Positions 7,412 through 18,270 of a DNA stretch of 64,000 nucleotides are shown in pieces. The stretch covers positions 3,346-67,345 of IMG/VR virus record IMGVR_UViG_3300030419_003950; one strand, given 5' to 3'. The position numbers were made by a program, and so were the translations under genes. Source of the stretch: a virus. How positions within the stretch are numbered: position 1 is the stretch's first letter; every line of letters starts with the position of its first letter. The notes under the pieces were generated by a model. The model was not told the DNA's origin. It did not search any database and saw only the letters and a program-made list of their open reading frames with translations.

Positions 7412-10161
7412 TATTTAACTACCGTAAATTTATTAGCTTTTATTTTTTTATCTGTTTCAAGAACAAATATATAAACACCTGGTTCTAATGTTTGGTGATT
7501 TTCATACACACTTACTTCAGGTAACCAAACACTTGGTTCATTTGTAAAATCAAATGTATGTATTCCTTGACCAACAACTTCATCTAATAAAGTTCCAACA
7601 TATTGTCCATTAGAATTCAGTATGTAAAGTTTTACATGTTCTTCTGTATCTATGAAGAATTGAAATTTTGTATTATCTTTAAATGGATTTGGATAATTGT
7701 AAGTAAGTTCATCATCTTCTGGTTCTCCACCACCGAATGCCCAATACTTATTCCATACCAAGACTTTACCATCTTGTCTTTCCATTAGTAAGTCATCACC
7801 ATTTGGATTACCTGCTGCATATTTACCAACAAATCTTATAGGAGCCTCAGTCCATTCAGATTCAGGGAAGTCTGCTCTAAACATTAATTTTAATGCATTC
7901 ATTTCATCACTAATCCAATAAGTTGATGGTGCATTACCTGGTGAATAATCTAAACCACCAAATGACAATCTTTGCCATCCTAAGTCATCTACCTCACCAA
8001 CATTTACATAAGTAAACCACGGTCCTGGTAAGTTTCCAGTCTTCATATCAATGAATTCTAATTCATTAACATTATACTCAACCTCAAATTCAAACCCAGC
8101 AATATTAACATCTACTGGTGTAAGTTTTAATGGAACTTCAATCATCTCACCACTCTGAACCCTTACGGTTGAATCTGCTGGGAATGATAATAATACATCA
8201 TGATTTGTTAACAATGATTTCATTGACATACGATTATTTGTTGGTGGTGAAGTTCTATTCCAAGTTGCTGGTGGGTTACCATTACCCCATCTATAAAATG
8301 TATCACCATTTAAAGATTGTGCAACTGCTGTTCCACTTGAATCAACTAATGTTCCAGTTAAATTCATATCACCTGTAAAATAATATGCCAAACTATCAAT
8401 TGTATAATCAGGATTTGCATCATTACCATATGTTGAACTACCAGCACCTAAATTAACAATTACGGTATCTAAACCTGTGATAACTTCATCCATCATATCA
8501 GGATTTGTAATCTCAATATATCCAAAATTTAATTCAGAATCTTCTTGGTCTAAATCATCATCATAGAAAATACTAAATTCTCTTTTTTGATTACGAGTTT
8601 CTTCATTAAATGTTTGATAGTAATTTCTACTTACAGATTGATTGTTTTCTTTTAAATTATCTGTCGTTGAAAAGTCTTCATAAGAGTTACCATTAAAGTG
8701 TGTATAATTAGTAAACACTCCACTTGTGTAAGCCCATAAGAAATATGTATCATTTAATTGAAATACATCATCACCATCAATATCACCAATGAAATATGAA
8801 GTTGGTGATAGAGTATCTATTTGTGCAATCTCTTTAAATTTACTACCTTGGAAATTAAATGATTTAATTGCATCATTTATATTAGTGATTGCATCTCTAT
8901 CTAATTCATATTGGTCGTGTGTTTCTATATCATCTGCAGCATCTGGTGGCCAGAATGAAATAGTATATCTATTGTTTCGTGGTAATTGAATATTATAATA
9001 TCCTTTATCATCTGTATATGTCCAATCATAATAAGATACATTTAGATATCCACGATTTACGGTTTCACCCTCTGGTGCAGAAGAGAATTTAGGTAATGCA
9101 TACATACCAGTAACACCCTCTGTAGTTTCTGTTTTCTTATGATAATAAAAAGTATCTGTATTATCACCAATAACATCATCAGATAAATCTTCATCTGTAG
9201 TGTTTGCAGTATTTGATACTTCTTCTAAGTTTTGCCAATTACTAACACCATTTGCATTTTCATCTAAATCAAACTTAACTTTCCAATAAGGATATTTGTT
9301 TCTTGTAAAAGTTTCACCCTCATCTTGGTCACCATCTTGGTTTGTATCTACCCATTCACCAATATATCTATAGAAACCTTCAACATCAACAAGTTTTGGA
9401 TGAAGTGTAATATCACCTCTTGCCCCACCATTGTCTGTTTCTTCAGTTCCCCAATTTCCATCTATATAGACTTTATAATCTAATAGATAATCATCAGATA
9501 CATAAGTATAGTATCCTGTTCCACCTTGATAAAGTGTTGCGATTTTAAAAGATTTAGGTTCAAAGTTATCTACCACATCTTCTATTTTAAATTCTAATTT
9601 TAATATTTGAGTTTCATTTCCGTTCCCATTACCGAATTCCATTTCATTCACATCATGAGAAACAGCAGTTATTCTCAACCAATCATAACGATTGTTACTT
9701 GTTGATATTTCATTATCTTCATCATCTAATGCATCATTATATCCAATGTCATCATATTGAACGACTTCATAAGAATAATCTGCATTTGCATTTTCATCAC
9801 CCTCAGTATATTGTGCTAAATGTGAACCAACCAATACTTTAGTGTCGTCATCATCCCAATCAATTAAATCATTATCAAATAATAAATCTAATCTAAATGT
9901 TGAAATATCAGCACCATTATCATCAAGTGTAACTTCCATTGTGAGAACACTATCTCTCCATGTATCAAAGTTATTATTATATAGTGCGACTGCACTTGTA
10001 TCGGAAGCAAGGAATTTATCCAAATCAATCGTTTCTGATTCTTTCCACCAAAATTTTGGTGTATCGTATGTACCTGTCTGTTTGATTCTAATTATCGGAT
10101 TTTGTGCGACGGCAGTCCCAATAAACCCTAATAATAAGAGCCAATTTAAAAACCTCTTCAT
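7411..10161 (-). CDS. Large acidic exported protein with cohesin-like and dockerin-like segments and a T9SS type-A/FlgD-like C-terminal domain
   Basis: Signal peptide AVA-Q; two cohesin-like segments; GDIDGDDVFQLND; C-terminal NYPNPF...PGVYIFVL...KFTVVK. Confidence 0.75.
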   Translation of the reverse strand: MKRFLNWLLLLGFIGTAVAQNPIIRIKQTGTYDTPKFWWKESETIDLDKFLASDTSAVALYNNNFDTWRDSVLTMEVTLDDNGADISTFRLDLLFDNDLIDWDDDDTKVLVGSHLAQYTEGDENANADYSYEVVQYDDIGYNDALDDEDNEISTSNNRYDWLRITAVSHDVNEMEFGNGNGNETQILKLEFKIEDVVDNFEPKSFKIATLYQGGTGYYTYVSDDYLLDYKVYIDGNWGTEETDNGGARGDITLHPKLVDVEGFYRYIGEWVDTNQDGDQDEGETFTRNKYPYWKVKFDLDENANGVSNWQNLEEVSNTANTTDEDLSDDVIGDNTDTFYYHKKTETTEGVTGMYALPKFSSAPEGETVNRGYLNVSYYDWTYTDDKGYYNIQLPRNNRYTISFWPPDAADDIETHDQYELDRDAITNINDAIKSFNFQGSKFKEIAQIDTLSPTSYFIGDIDGDDVFQLNDTYFLWAYTSGVFTNYTHFNGNSYEDFSTTDNLKENNQSVSRNYYQTFNEETRNQKREFSIFYDDDLDQEDSELNFGYIEITNPDMMDEVITGLDTVIVNLGAGSSTYGNDANPDYTIDSLAYYFTGDMNLTGTLVDSSGTAVAQSLNGDTFYRWGNGNPPATWNRTSPPTNNRMSMKSLLTNHDVLLSFPADSTVRVQSGEMIEVPLKLTPVDVNIAGFEFEVEYNVNELEFIDMKTGNLPGPWFTYVNVGEVDDLGWQRLSFGGLDYSPGNAPSTYWISDEMNALKLMFRADFPESEWTEAPIRFVGKYAAGNPNGDDLLMERQDGKVLVWNKYWAFGGGEPEDDELTYNYPNPFKDNTKFQFFIDTEEHVKLYILNSNGQYVGTLLDEVVGQGIHTFDFTNEPSVWLPEVSVYENHQTLEPGVYIFVLETDKKIKANKFTVVK

Positions 10162-10266
10162 GAGTCTTTTTCCTTTGTAGTTATTATAATCGTATCCCTG
10201 AACTTATGGGATTATGATGTAGCCTTAATTCAGTTCATTAATAAATATCATATATAAAAAAAATAA

Positions 10267-11280
10267 TTAGACATCAAAGCGAACAATAAATGTAGTATCA
10301 AGTTCCTTACTTAGTTTAACTGGTTTTGCTAACTTCCCTACTACCAACAAGTTATCCTTATTATCATACAACCCAATCTCTGAAACATATGGGTAGAAAT
10401 ATGAACTTGTTACGAATCCATGTTGGTCTTCTGTTGCTTCATATGATGTTTTAAAACTTCCTGTTCCTTCAATGCCTGGTTGGTCACCTGGTGGGAAAAA
10501 TAGGTGAACATTTTGAGTACCCTCTTTCAACATTATACTTCCACTTCTTCCTGCAGTTAAACTAATATTCATACTTTTATTCATTTTGTTTGCGGGAACC
10601 ATACATTCATAAAAATATTCATAATGTCTATGTGTTGCTTTATATTTTATATCAAAACCTGTTCCAAATCCAACATCTCCATATGAACCTGAATTATTTA
10701 CAACTGCTATTCCATGTTCATAGAAAATATTACCTACTTGAGAACCACTTCCATTGGCCAATACACCTTGACCTTGTGTAAAAGAACTTGATTTATATGC
10801 TGCAAAACTTGATGAATATGCGAAGTCATATAAATTACCATCACCATCATCTCTAATATCAAATGTTGTACCTCTTGAAGTATCACTTAGTTCAAATGTC
10901 AATGGTTTAATTTGTTCACCAAACACATCTTTTGCAATACTAAATACAGATGCACTTGTATGTAATTCTCGTTTGATTAATGTTGTGTCGGATTGACCAA
11001 AAGTATAGAGTGGATTTTCAATTTCATCACCATCCATCTTTGTTTTATAGTAAAGTTTATTTATGGTATGCCAAGTTGGTAATGCATAATAATTTGTATT
11101 TATGGAACCTGATGTGATTGTTGTAACCATATCAGAACCAGAATCATAATTATAAAGTGACTTTGAAACTGCTCTTACTGCAAAGAAACCACTTCCACTA
11201 TCGTTATTTGTGAAACTAAAAGTTTTATTGGTTTCAAATCTCTTGATGGAAACATTTTTTCTATCAATGTCTATGAACAT
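10267..11280 (-). CDS. Virion tail/baseplate-associated protein
   Basis: C-terminal SEIGLYD..LLVVGKLAKPVK is shared with the upstream paralogue; structural gene context. Confidence 0.55.
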   Translation of the reverse strand: MFIDIDRKNVSIKRFETNKTFSFTNNDSGSGFFAVRAVSKSLYNYDSGSDMVTTITSGSINTNYYALPTWHTINKLYYKTKMDGDEIENPLYTFGQSDTTLIKRELHTSASVFSIAKDVFGEQIKPLTFELSDTSRGTTFDIRDDGDGNLYDFAYSSSFAAYKSSSFTQGQGVLANGSGSQVGNIFYEHGIAVVNNSGSYGDVGFGTGFDIKYKATHRHYEYFYECMVPANKMNKSMNISLTAGRSGSIMLKEGTQNVHLFFPPGDQPGIEGTGSFKTSYEATEDQHGFVTSSYFYPYVSEIGLYDNKDNLLVVGKLAKPVKLSKELDTTFIVRFDV

Positions 11281-11289
11281 GAAAGTTTC

Positions 11290-12324
11290 CTAAAAATCAA
11301 GTTTGACTTTTATAATAGCTTCCCTTGAATATGATTTTAATACAGGTTTACTTAACTTAGCGACTGCCAATAAATCATTGTTTTCATTATAGAGACCAAC
11401 TTGTGTAATAAAAGTTTTAGGGTCTTTAAAGAAAGTTCCTTGTGTGAAATCCCCATTTGTATCTGAAAATGTAGGATTATTACTAAAGTTAAACTTTTGG
11501 TTATTTACTCTACAAAAATAATTTGTAGAACTAATTTCTTCTTCTCTACGAACTTGGAATTTTGAACCAGTAGCTACTGATAAAAAGAAGTTATGTGGAT
11601 TATCACCATAAGTATCCGAAGTTCTACTTGCCTTCAAAGAACCACTTGCTTCCAATACTGATGGATGTAGTAATATAATTCCTAAGTCAGGATAGAATAA
11701 ACCATATGCTCCACCAGGTTGATTTGCTGCAGTTGTATTTGTTACTGCAGTTCCTGTGGCGATTGAACCACTAATAATATTAAATACTCTACCACCCTCA
11801 TTTACGGTTGGATTTGTAGTAGCACCACTATCATCAATTAATTTCAAAGTAGATGTAGCTCCACTTCCACTTAAGTGAAGTTCCCAATTACCTGGGTCAA
11901 TCTTTTCTCTTTGTCGTGCTCTTTGGAATGTTACAAAATAAAAATCATCACTTGCACTTTCGGCTCCTGTGAATGTAAATTTAGAAGTTTCTGCTGGTAA
12001 GATAACATTTGCAAATTGTCTATACAATGCAGCAGTTTGTCTACCACCTGTATTTAATTTAGTTGTGTTACCTGCTGAACCACTTCCCCAATAATGTGCA
12101 TATCCTAATGAGAATTGTATCTCCGCCGTATCTACGGTAGCACTACCTGCAGTTGGGTCTTGATGATAAACATCTATATAGGAACCTGTTGAAGCACCTT
12201 GTGCCGATTGACTATAAAATGATGTCATCGTTCCACTTCCACCACTAAAGATACCACTTGATACTACGGTTCTTTGGTTTTTTATTACATCATTATCTTG
12301 GTCAAATGTTTGAAAAGTTGCCAT
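11290..12324 (-). CDS. Virion tail/baseplate-associated protein
   Basis: C-terminal TQVGLYN..LLAVAKLSKPVLK; Ser/Thr/Gly-rich. Confidence 0.55.
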   Translation of the reverse strand: MATFQTFDQDNDVIKNQRTVVSSGIFSGGSGTMTSFYSQSAQGASTGSYIDVYHQDPTAGSATVDTAEIQFSLGYAHYWGSGSAGNTTKLNTGGRQTAALYRQFANVILPAETSKFTFTGAESASDDFYFVTFQRARQREKIDPGNWELHLSGSGATSTLKLIDDSGATTNPTVNEGGRVFNIISGSIATGTAVTNTTAANQPGGAYGLFYPDLGIILLHPSVLEASGSLKASRTSDTYGDNPHNFFLSVATGSKFQVRREEEISSTNYFCRVNNQKFNFSNNPTFSDTNGDFTQGTFFKDPKTFITQVGLYNENNDLLAVAKLSKPVLKSYSREAIIKVKLDF

Positions 12325-12336
12325 TATTCATTACTC

Positions 12337-12975
12337 CTAATTAGTTGTGCCACTTGCTTGAGTTACTATACTTATATTACCTATAGCTCCAGTTCCAAGT
12401 CCTTGAATGGTTAAGTTTGTAGTTATTTGGGAATTTAAATTTTTACCAATAAGTCTTGCTTCTTTTGCATTTATAGTAACAGACTTTGTTGAATCTGTTT
12501 GTGAAGTAAATGTTACTTGTTGTTGTGTTTCTGGGTCCACACCTGCAGTTTCTACCAGTAATTCAGCTGCATCACTATTATGTATGGTGAATCTATATCC
12601 CACTGCATCATCTAAAGTTGAATTATTTGTTATTGGTGAAATGACTTGTTGTCCACCTGTCGGTAATGTAACGGTTGGTGCTGGTAAAGTCATTTTTGGT
12701 AATTTGTTTGTATTTTTACCTAAAGTTATTAACTTAAACCTCATTACCTGATTCTCATCTACGAATGATTCTAATAAAGGCATGTTTTCAATAACTGCCC
12801 CATAATAAGAAGAACCATTAGGATGAGTTACATCCCAAAGATTATAATCAATCTCATCATCTGCTAATGCAAATTTTGTTATTTCAAATTCGTTTTGCCC
12901 TCTTGCCAACAATTCACGACCTTTTTTGGTAAGGACGGCATCTACGGTTATACTTGTATTATCTAAAAATCCCAT
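12337..12975 (-). CDS. Virion structural protein
   Basis: N-terminal DAVLTKKGRELLA...ITKFALAD resembles tail-fibre attachment N-termini; gene context. Confidence 0.55.
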   Translation of the reverse strand: MGFLDNTSITVDAVLTKKGRELLARGQNEFEITKFALADDEIDYNLWDVTHPNGSSYYGAVIENMPLLESFVDENQVMRFKLITLGKNTNKLPKMTLPAPTVTLPTGGQQVISPITNNSTLDDAVGYRFTIHNSDAAELLVETAGVDPETQQQVTFTSQTDSTKSVTINAKEARLIGKNLNSQITTNLTIQGLGTGAIGNISIVTQASGTTN

Positions 12976-13046
12976 TGTTTTTACTCCTGTATGAATAGAT
13001 ATAACTTTACTATAGATAAATAGTGTTATACCTAATTTTTCTTAAA

Positions 13047-16000
13047 TTATTTTACTAATAGTTTAGAATCTCCTGGTTCTTTTGTAATTAATGTTGTTGG
13101 TGTAGTTACGGTAGTTTCTATTGGGTCTTCACCATCAGGAGAATTATTCTTTGTCATAGTACTACCAACAAATGGTTCTGTAGTACCTACACCATCATCT
13201 CTTGTGACTGAACCACCAACAAATGACCTATATAAATTACTATCATAATATACACTCTGATGTTGACTTGGTATATATGAAGAACTATAAGGTATATGTG
13301 CTGATGCACTTGCACTTGATGAATAAAAATATACCATTTCTTGATTATGTTCTGCTAATCTTGAACCACTTATATTTGGTTGTAATACTTCACCAAAGGT
13401 TGTTCCCTCACCACCTGATGTTACACTTGCAGTTGCATAATTGTATCCATATGCTGTTTTTTGGTCTACAACATTCAATTTTAATAATGTTGGTTGATTC
13501 AAAGTACCAAGTGAACCACTATTATCTTGGAATCTCAAATTCACTTCACTTTCATGATAATCAGAACTTCCACCTATATCAAAATAAATATCATCTCTTG
13601 ACCCACTTATGAATCTTGTTACTAATAATCCATCTTCATATTCACCTGCATTTTCATAATAACGATTATCATATTCAGGTCTATCCCCAACAATTTGTTT
13701 ACTTCTTTCCAAAATATTTGGTTCTATTAAAACACCTGTTGTTGCTTTACTTCTAGCAGGAACCCATTGTTTTAATTGTGTAAATACACTTGGGTCATAA
13801 TATGTTAGTATTCTTAAATAATCCCAAAAGTTATTAGGTCTTGAATACTTTTGCCAATATTCTGTTCTTAATTTTTGTAATCCTCTATATGATAATTTAT
13901 ATTGGTCTCTTGGGTCTCCAATATAATCATCAAAATTAAAATCTGCAATACTATACATTATATCTTCATTAATAACATCAACTGGTGAAAAATAAATACC
14001 AACCTTTTCACTATCTATTGGTGCAAAGTCTTGTGATGATTTTTCTCTACGCGATTCTGAAGAAAGATTACCAGTTAATGTAGTATCTTCAATTCTAATC
14101 TTTGTTGCATTTCTTCTCGTAGGGCCGATATTTGGAACCTTTAATTGTTCTTTATCAACTAAACTTCTAAATGTATTTGTAGTAAATCCATTTGCTGAAC
14201 CAGTTGTGTCGGTTGGTGCACTTATATAATAATTTTGTTTATTCGCAACATTTGTTACATAAGATGTTGTATTTAAATTAATATTATTATCAAGTGAATG
14301 TCTTATTAATAAGTCATGGTAAGATGAACTATAAGTATTACCATTATATGACTTAGGTGCTCTAACATGATTATTAAATATACTTTGACTTAATGGTTCT
14401 GACCATAAACGATATTCCATTAATGAACCACTATATCTTGCACCAAAGTTTGTATTTTGACCACCAAGATAAATATATTTTGAACCACCACTTCCAGTAA
14501 ATGCAGCATTTATTGCACTACTACTTGCATGTCCTATACCTGTTGTTAAACTTGAACTTGTTTGGAATTTAATTCTTTCTCGTGTTGAGTCATATTGTTT
14601 TGCAGTTAACTCATACTTTACATTTCTTGATGTCAAATCATCACTCATTGGAACACCACTTGCACTAATTCTTGTCAACATCACACTCCACATATCATCA
14701 TTATAAAATGGTTGTAAAGATGAAGTTATACCATACTCACCTGTTGATGCACTGATACTAAATTTTAAATATCCAAAATCATCTGCTGTTCCGTTGTCTT
14801 TTAAATGTATTGCCCAATCATTTTCTTTTTGTGCAATCACCATACTACCAGAACTTCCTACACTATGTGGTGTTCTAAATCTAAACTCTATTGTTTGTGG
14901 ATAAATACTATCATTATCGGTTGTCCATAATGTTTTTATATATTGTGATGCATGAAAATCTAATGCATATGTAAATTTTCTTTTTACTTCATAACTAACT
15001 CTTTCTTGATTATCTGGGCCACCATATTCTCTTACTCTTAATATTGTAGATGGTATACCATAACAATTTAATATACCCTTTAGACATCTAATTGAACCTT
15101 TACTCTTTACAAAAAATGGTAAATTATTTAATAATCGTTTCCATATTTCTTCAGTCACTTGTTCTTGTGGTGTTTCATATTTTGAACTACCATCTGCACC
15201 CTTGCCTAACAGATATTCTGGTAATATCATCAAGTCATTTCCATTTGCCAATTCTAACCCAAGTGATTTTGCATATGATGCAGCAATGTCTTTTGAAATA
15301 CCCTCTGATATATTAGGTGATTTAGTATTAATATCTGTAATATGTTTTGTGTATACCCATATTTCATCAAATTGTTGTCCTGACATATCCATAAATTCTA
15401 AGAAAGGATTGTTTTGAGTATCATCAACAACATGTAATGGTAAATTATTAACTAATCTATCTTTATTTTCAGTATCATAAATTGATGCACTTGATATCAT
15501 AGTATCAAACCAAGTAGTTGCTGCAGAACCTGTTGAATGAATTAATGTATAGGGTTCTGATGAATTAGATTTAGGCCATGTGTTATCATGATATTGCCCT
15601 GCAGACGAACTTACATAAGATGAACTTTCAAAATACATATAATGTTCAAATGGGTCAAAAGAATTGACAACTCTTTGTCTTTTATTTTCAAGTAATGAAA
15701 TTTCACCAGCAGATGATGAAATAGGAACCAAGGATTGACTTGATTTATTATATCCCTCAATCAACTCCACTTTCTTTTTAAAGTTTTTTATTCTTCTTTC
15801 TGCACTTGAGAAATGTACAAAATTACCAAAACCTATATCATCAGTTTGTAAATTAACATCTACTGATGTCCTATTAAATTCAGTATTAACTTGGACATCT
15901 AATAAACTACCACTAATTAATTTTCTTTCTATATCTTTATTAACCGAATCATCACTACCCAATAAACTTGTATGTGTTTCTAATCTTGTGGTTCTAAAGT

Positions 16001-17906
16001 TTATAGGATTTTCTACAGATTGTAAATTTGGTAGTTGTAAAAATAAACCATCTGGGTCTTCATCTATAAATGGTATTAATCTTATTGTATCATTATGGTC
16101 AGGAAGTCTTTTCTCTACAAAAAATACTTTTTTATATTGTTCAATATCATCTGGTAATGGTTGTTTAAGTTTAAAAACTCTTTTTAATTCTTGTGTTGAA
16201 AAGAAATCTTTATTTTCATTTGTGACTAAATAATAATCATCATCACATACCATATATGTTTTAAATCTTTCTATATTATTTTTTTCATATAATACATTCC
16301 AACCAAAAAAATCATAATTTCTTTTATCAACACCATCATGTCCTACCTCTTCTGCAGCCTCATAATAACTGATATCAACTCTAATTCTATTATAATCTAA
16401 CACCTCTACAATTTTTGCAACATAATCAACATTAAAAGTTGTGTCTATAATAGTAGGTGGTGCTCCAGGAATAATATTATTTTGTAAGTTTTCTGCATCT
16501 GCATTATTTCCTGCTTCTTGTTCTGGTGTTGTAGTTACTTCCCATGTAAATGTTGGATTATTTTGGGTACCACCAGTATAATATCCAGCATGACTACCAT
16601 GACCTTCTTGATTTTCTGGAACTGCAAGTAACATTTTAATTCTATTTCTTTGTTCAAGAAAACGCTCTTGCCAATGTTTATTTTCTGTAGTTTTCCATTT
16701 ACCTAAAGATGCTGCAACTATATTGTTTGCAAATATTGTATGGTGTTTATCTAATATAAGATTCCATACTTGAAATGGTGGTTTTTGAAAATATTCGGTT
16801 CCTATTTCTTTTGACATAAACCAACCATCTTTTGTTCTGATTGGATGATGGTCTGTAGTGATAAGGTTTTTATATTTAACCATTTTGTCACCAAAACCTC
16901 TATCACTCTTTATTACTTTTTTAACTCTTGCAACACCTTTATCTGTTCTGACTTTCATACCAGCTCTCATCATCTTGATTGGTATTTGTCTACCATTACT
17001 TAGTGTTACTTTAGTGTTAGGATGAAAACAAACACCATCATAATCAAACTCTGACCCACCATCAAAATCCTCTGATTCAGTTGTTTCATTCTCTGTTTGT
17101 TCTTCTTCTGTAAATGCATCTGGAACACTATCGTCTACAAAGTCATCTCCCTCACCCATACTATCATCAAAGTCTTCAGGATTTGAATCTTCATATACTT
17201 CTTCAGTTACGGTGTATTGAAATAATCTTGGTATTCTAATCTCACCACCAACCATATTTTGAGTAAAACCTCTATCACCATCTTGTAAATTTGCAATTAA
17301 AGTATGTTCATTGTCATCATCAAATGTAAGTGAACCATCAGCATCTGATTCTGGTATATTAATGGGTCTATATTTAACGAGAGTATTCATCTCTCTAAAG
17401 TTTTTAAAATATGTTTGGTTTTTAAAATCTTGAGTAGATACAATTACTTCACTTCTATCACCAGAAATGTGTTCAAGGACATATTTTAAATCTCTTAAGA
17501 ATAATTCTTTAGGTGGGTTTTGATATATTTCCTCTGCAGACATCCCTGCAACACTTGAATAGTATCTTGTTTCATTATTTAATACTTGTGTTTGTACTTG
17601 ACCTGCATATATTTGACCCTCATCATCAACAAATACACTTTGGTCTCTACCAGCTAATTTTCTTAAAAATTTATAAACAACTCTATAGGTTCCCTCATGA
17701 AAACCCTCGTCCCTAAAGAGTTGGCCAATATTTAAATCAATAAAACCATCTTCAACATTTGGTGATAATTTTTTAGTGAATATTAAATTGTCTTCCTCAT
17801 CATATGCATGAACAATAATAAAGTCATTACCTCTACCAAAACTACTATATACCCTACCTGGGTTATAATATAATTCTCTTTCTTCTGGTGTAAATCCATA
17901 TTCCAT
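13047..17906 (-). CDS. Large baseplate/tail protein with internal Hint domain and LamG-like region
   Basis: 1619 aa; KSKGS..LKGILNCYGIP wedge-like motif; TIEFRF...LMEYRLW lectin-like region; Hint domain from C293. Confidence 0.65.
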   Translation of the reverse strand: MEYGFTPEERELYYNPGRVYSSFGRGNDFIIVHAYDEEDNLIFTKKLSPNVEDGFIDLNIGQLFRDEGFHEGTYRVVYKFLRKLAGRDQSVFVDDEGQIYAGQVQTQVLNNETRYYSSVAGMSAEEIYQNPPKELFLRDLKYVLEHISGDRSEVIVSTQDFKNQTYFKNFREMNTLVKYRPINIPESDADGSLTFDDDNEHTLIANLQDGDRGFTQNMVGGEIRIPRLFQYTVTEEVYEDSNPEDFDDSMGEGDDFVDDSVPDAFTEEEQTENETTESEDFDGGSEFDYDGVCFHPNTKVTLSNGRQIPIKMMRAGMKVRTDKGVARVKKVIKSDRGFGDKMVKYKNLITTDHHPIRTKDGWFMSKEIGTEYFQKPPFQVWNLILDKHHTIFANNIVAASLGKWKTTENKHWQERFLEQRNRIKMLLAVPENQEGHGSHAGYYTGGTQNNPTFTWEVTTTPEQEAGNNADAENLQNNIIPGAPPTIIDTTFNVDYVAKIVEVLDYNRIRVDISYYEAAEEVGHDGVDKRNYDFFGWNVLYEKNNIERFKTYMVCDDDYYLVTNENKDFFSTQELKRVFKLKQPLPDDIEQYKKVFFVEKRLPDHNDTIRLIPFIDEDPDGLFLQLPNLQSVENPINFRTTRLETHTSLLGSDDSVNKDIERKLISGSLLDVQVNTEFNRTSVDVNLQTDDIGFGNFVHFSSAERRIKNFKKKVELIEGYNKSSQSLVPISSSAGEISLLENKRQRVVNSFDPFEHYMYFESSSYVSSSAGQYHDNTWPKSNSSEPYTLIHSTGSAATTWFDTMISSASIYDTENKDRLVNNLPLHVVDDTQNNPFLEFMDMSGQQFDEIWVYTKHITDINTKSPNISEGISKDIAASYAKSLGLELANGNDLMILPEYLLGKGADGSSKYETPQEQVTEEIWKRLLNNLPFFVKSKGSIRCLKGILNCYGIPSTILRVREYGGPDNQERVSYEVKRKFTYALDFHASQYIKTLWTTDNDSIYPQTIEFRFRTPHSVGSSGSMVIAQKENDWAIHLKDNGTADDFGYLKFSISASTGEYGITSSLQPFYNDDMWSVMLTRISASGVPMSDDLTSRNVKYELTAKQYDSTRERIKFQTSSSLTTGIGHASSSAINAAFTGSGGSKYIYLGGQNTNFGARYSGSLMEYRLWSEPLSQSIFNNHVRAPKSYNGNTYSSSYHDLLIRHSLDNNINLNTTSYVTNVANKQNYYISAPTDTTGSANGFTTNTFRSLVDKEQLKVPNIGPTRRNATKIRIEDTTLTGNLSSESRREKSSQDFAPIDSEKVGIYFSPVDVINEDIMYSIADFNFDDYIGDPRDQYKLSYRGLQKLRTEYWQKYSRPNNFWDYLRILTYYDPSVFTQLKQWVPARSKATTGVLIEPNILERSKQIVGDRPEYDNRYYENAGEYEDGLLVTRFISGSRDDIYFDIGGSSDYHESEVNLRFQDNSGSLGTLNQPTLLKLNVVDQKTAYGYNYATASVTSGGEGTTFGEVLQPNISGSRLAEHNQEMVYFYSSSASASAHIPYSSSYIPSQHQSVYYDSNLYRSFVGGSVTRDDGVGTTEPFVGSTMTKNNSPDGEDPIETTVTTPTTLITKEPGDSKLLVK
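16701..17030 (-). other. Hint (Vint/BIL-type) domain within the CDS
   Basis: CFHPNTKVTL (block A), LITTDHHPI (block B), VWNLILDKHHTIFANNIVAASLG; no terminal HN. Confidence 0.75.
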
Positions 17907-18268
17907 TATATGTCTCCACTCCTATCTTCTTCATCATAGTATTGTGTAAAATTTTCTGAAATAAAAACTTTAAATTCTCTTTCTTTATTTATTTCAGGTA
18001 ACATATCATCATTAAAATATTGTTGTTCATTCATAACACGAACATATTCATATAATTCTTCGTTTGCAGAACCAAGATTATCAGGGTCTTCATATGATAA
18101 CAATACACCATTACCATCTCGTATTGGTTTATTTGCATCAAATGAACCACTTTCTTGCATTTTTTGTTTTGCATCATTTATATCACGCTCTAATGCAATC
18201 CTTTCTGCATCAAGTATTCGTGTGTAAAGCTCTGACCTATTTCTCGCTTGTTCTTTTGTGTATGGCAT
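17906..18268 (-). CDS. Hypothetical protein in the structural operon
   Basis: ORF tightly coupled to its neighbours. Confidence 0.6.
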   Translation of the reverse strand: MPYTKEQARNRSELYTRILDAERIALERDINDAKQKMQESGSFDANKPIRDGNGVLLSYEDPDNLGSANEELYEYVRVMNEQQYFNDDMLPEINKEREFKVFISENFTQYYDEEDRSGDI

Positions 18269-18270
18269 TG

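Noticed and set aside
16701-17030. Canonical splicing intein
   Set aside because: No C-terminal His-Asn followed by Cys/Ser/Thr, and no homing endonuclease
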